Shown here one piece after another: positions 63,166 to 64,000 of a stretch of 64,000 nt of DNA. The notes beneath the pieces are model-generated. The model had not been told where the DNA came from and made no database searches. It worked only from the letters and a program-made list of their open reading frames with translations. Position 1 is the first letter of the stretch. Each line of letters begins with the position of its first letter. A program made the position numbers and the translations under genes. Source of the DNA: Mobula hypostoma (Eukaryota); assembly GCF_963921235.1 (NCBI RefSeq), contig NC_086098.1, forward strand, positions 154,380,001-154,444,000, written 5' to 3'.

Positions 63166-64000
63166 TGTTACGTACCCCGTAAATGGGTTGCCAAACCAGC
63201 AGAAATGGATCACTCAGTTGGAGTCTGGATTACTAGAACTAAAAAAGTTTTATTAAAGAAACAAGCAACACAGTACTCTAATCAAAAGGATAATGAATGC
63301 AACAGTTCAGCAATGATAAACATACATGTGCACAGAATTAAGATAACAGGATCAATCAAGCTCTATCGTTGTCTAGGGGTAAATGACCAGTTTCAAAGTG
63401 ACGCAAAGCTCAGTTCAATTTAGTTCAGTTCAGTTCGCAGTAATCGTTGCCGTGGCGATGGACAGTGGGGGGAAGGAGAGAGAGAGCAAAACGAATGAAT
63501 ATTCAAGGCTTCCACACAGACCTTCGCAGTCAGCTTTCGGGCGAGTCCTTTGTGATGTCATCTGAGGTCACCGACCGTGACCCCTCCGTTTCCAGATACG
63601 ATCGTTTCCCTGCGGTGAACCTGGCACCCAGGCAAGGGTGGACACACACCAGGTTCCCACCGATCGTGCCTTTCCACCCTGTGCGTCTATGGCCAAGTAC
63701 TTCCCACCGACTTGTGAGAGACGCACCGTTTCCAGGGTCTTGTTACCTCGGGTGTCGTGTGTGTCCTGCCTTAGCGAACCTGTCCCTTTTTATCCCCCTG
63801 CTGGGGTATCGCCTGTCCATCACTTCAAACAGTTCAGGGTTCAAAGGGGGAGCCGATCTTGACAGTTCTCCTTCCCCTTCATTAACATCTCCAAATGCTG
63901 CTCCATTTTTTTCCTTATCTCTCTCACTCCTGAAAACAGGTGGCAGACCAACTGCTGATCCCACTGGTGCCGGCACAGGACAGCTACACCTTAATCTATG
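63166..64000 (-). repeat. LTR 3 (5' LTR), cut by the window end
   Basis: Begins tgttacgtacccc at 63166; expected to end near 64015. Confidence 0.9.

Overview
Eukaryotic, repeat-dense genomic DNA. The Ig architecture and repeat content point to a cartilaginous fish, probably a ray (inference). The only host genes I can support are two head-to-tail immunoglobulin light-chain clusters of the elasmobranch type II (lambda-like) class, both on the + strand. Each is leader exon / already-joined VJ exon (no RSS) / C exon, with intact GT-AG phase-1 splice sites and an open frame. Cluster A: 9938-9986 + 10121-10450 + 19896-20218 (233 aa). Cluster B: 39475-39523 + 39611-39952 + 44835-45157 (237 aa). Cluster B looks conventional. 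Cluster A is atypical: a 5-residue CDR3, Lys in place of the conserved VH/VL-interface Gln, and loss of the C-terminal Cys that bonds to the heavy chain, yet an intact frame and a perfect octamer promoter. The rest is mostly transposon-derived: many CR1 and Rex1/Babar LINE pieces, an L1-clade 3' half, an R4/Dong-like remnant, a Tc1 element split by a CR1, a palindromic mariner-type MITE and a tRNA-derived SINE. A short inverted-repeat family (nine copies of the motif) has a consensus that folds as a minimal type-I hammerhead ribozyme of the Penelope kind. A Gmr1-like Gypsy element (SCAN-like Gag, tRNA-Pro PBS, collapsed pol) occurs as a 4021-bp LTR-I-LTR-I-LTR tandem whose middle LTR is a chimera of the outer two. 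One assembly gap lies at 42938-43161. No CRISPR, rRNA or genuine tRNA genes were seen. Repeat boundaries are approximate unless stated; all identities and mismatch numbers are manual counts.
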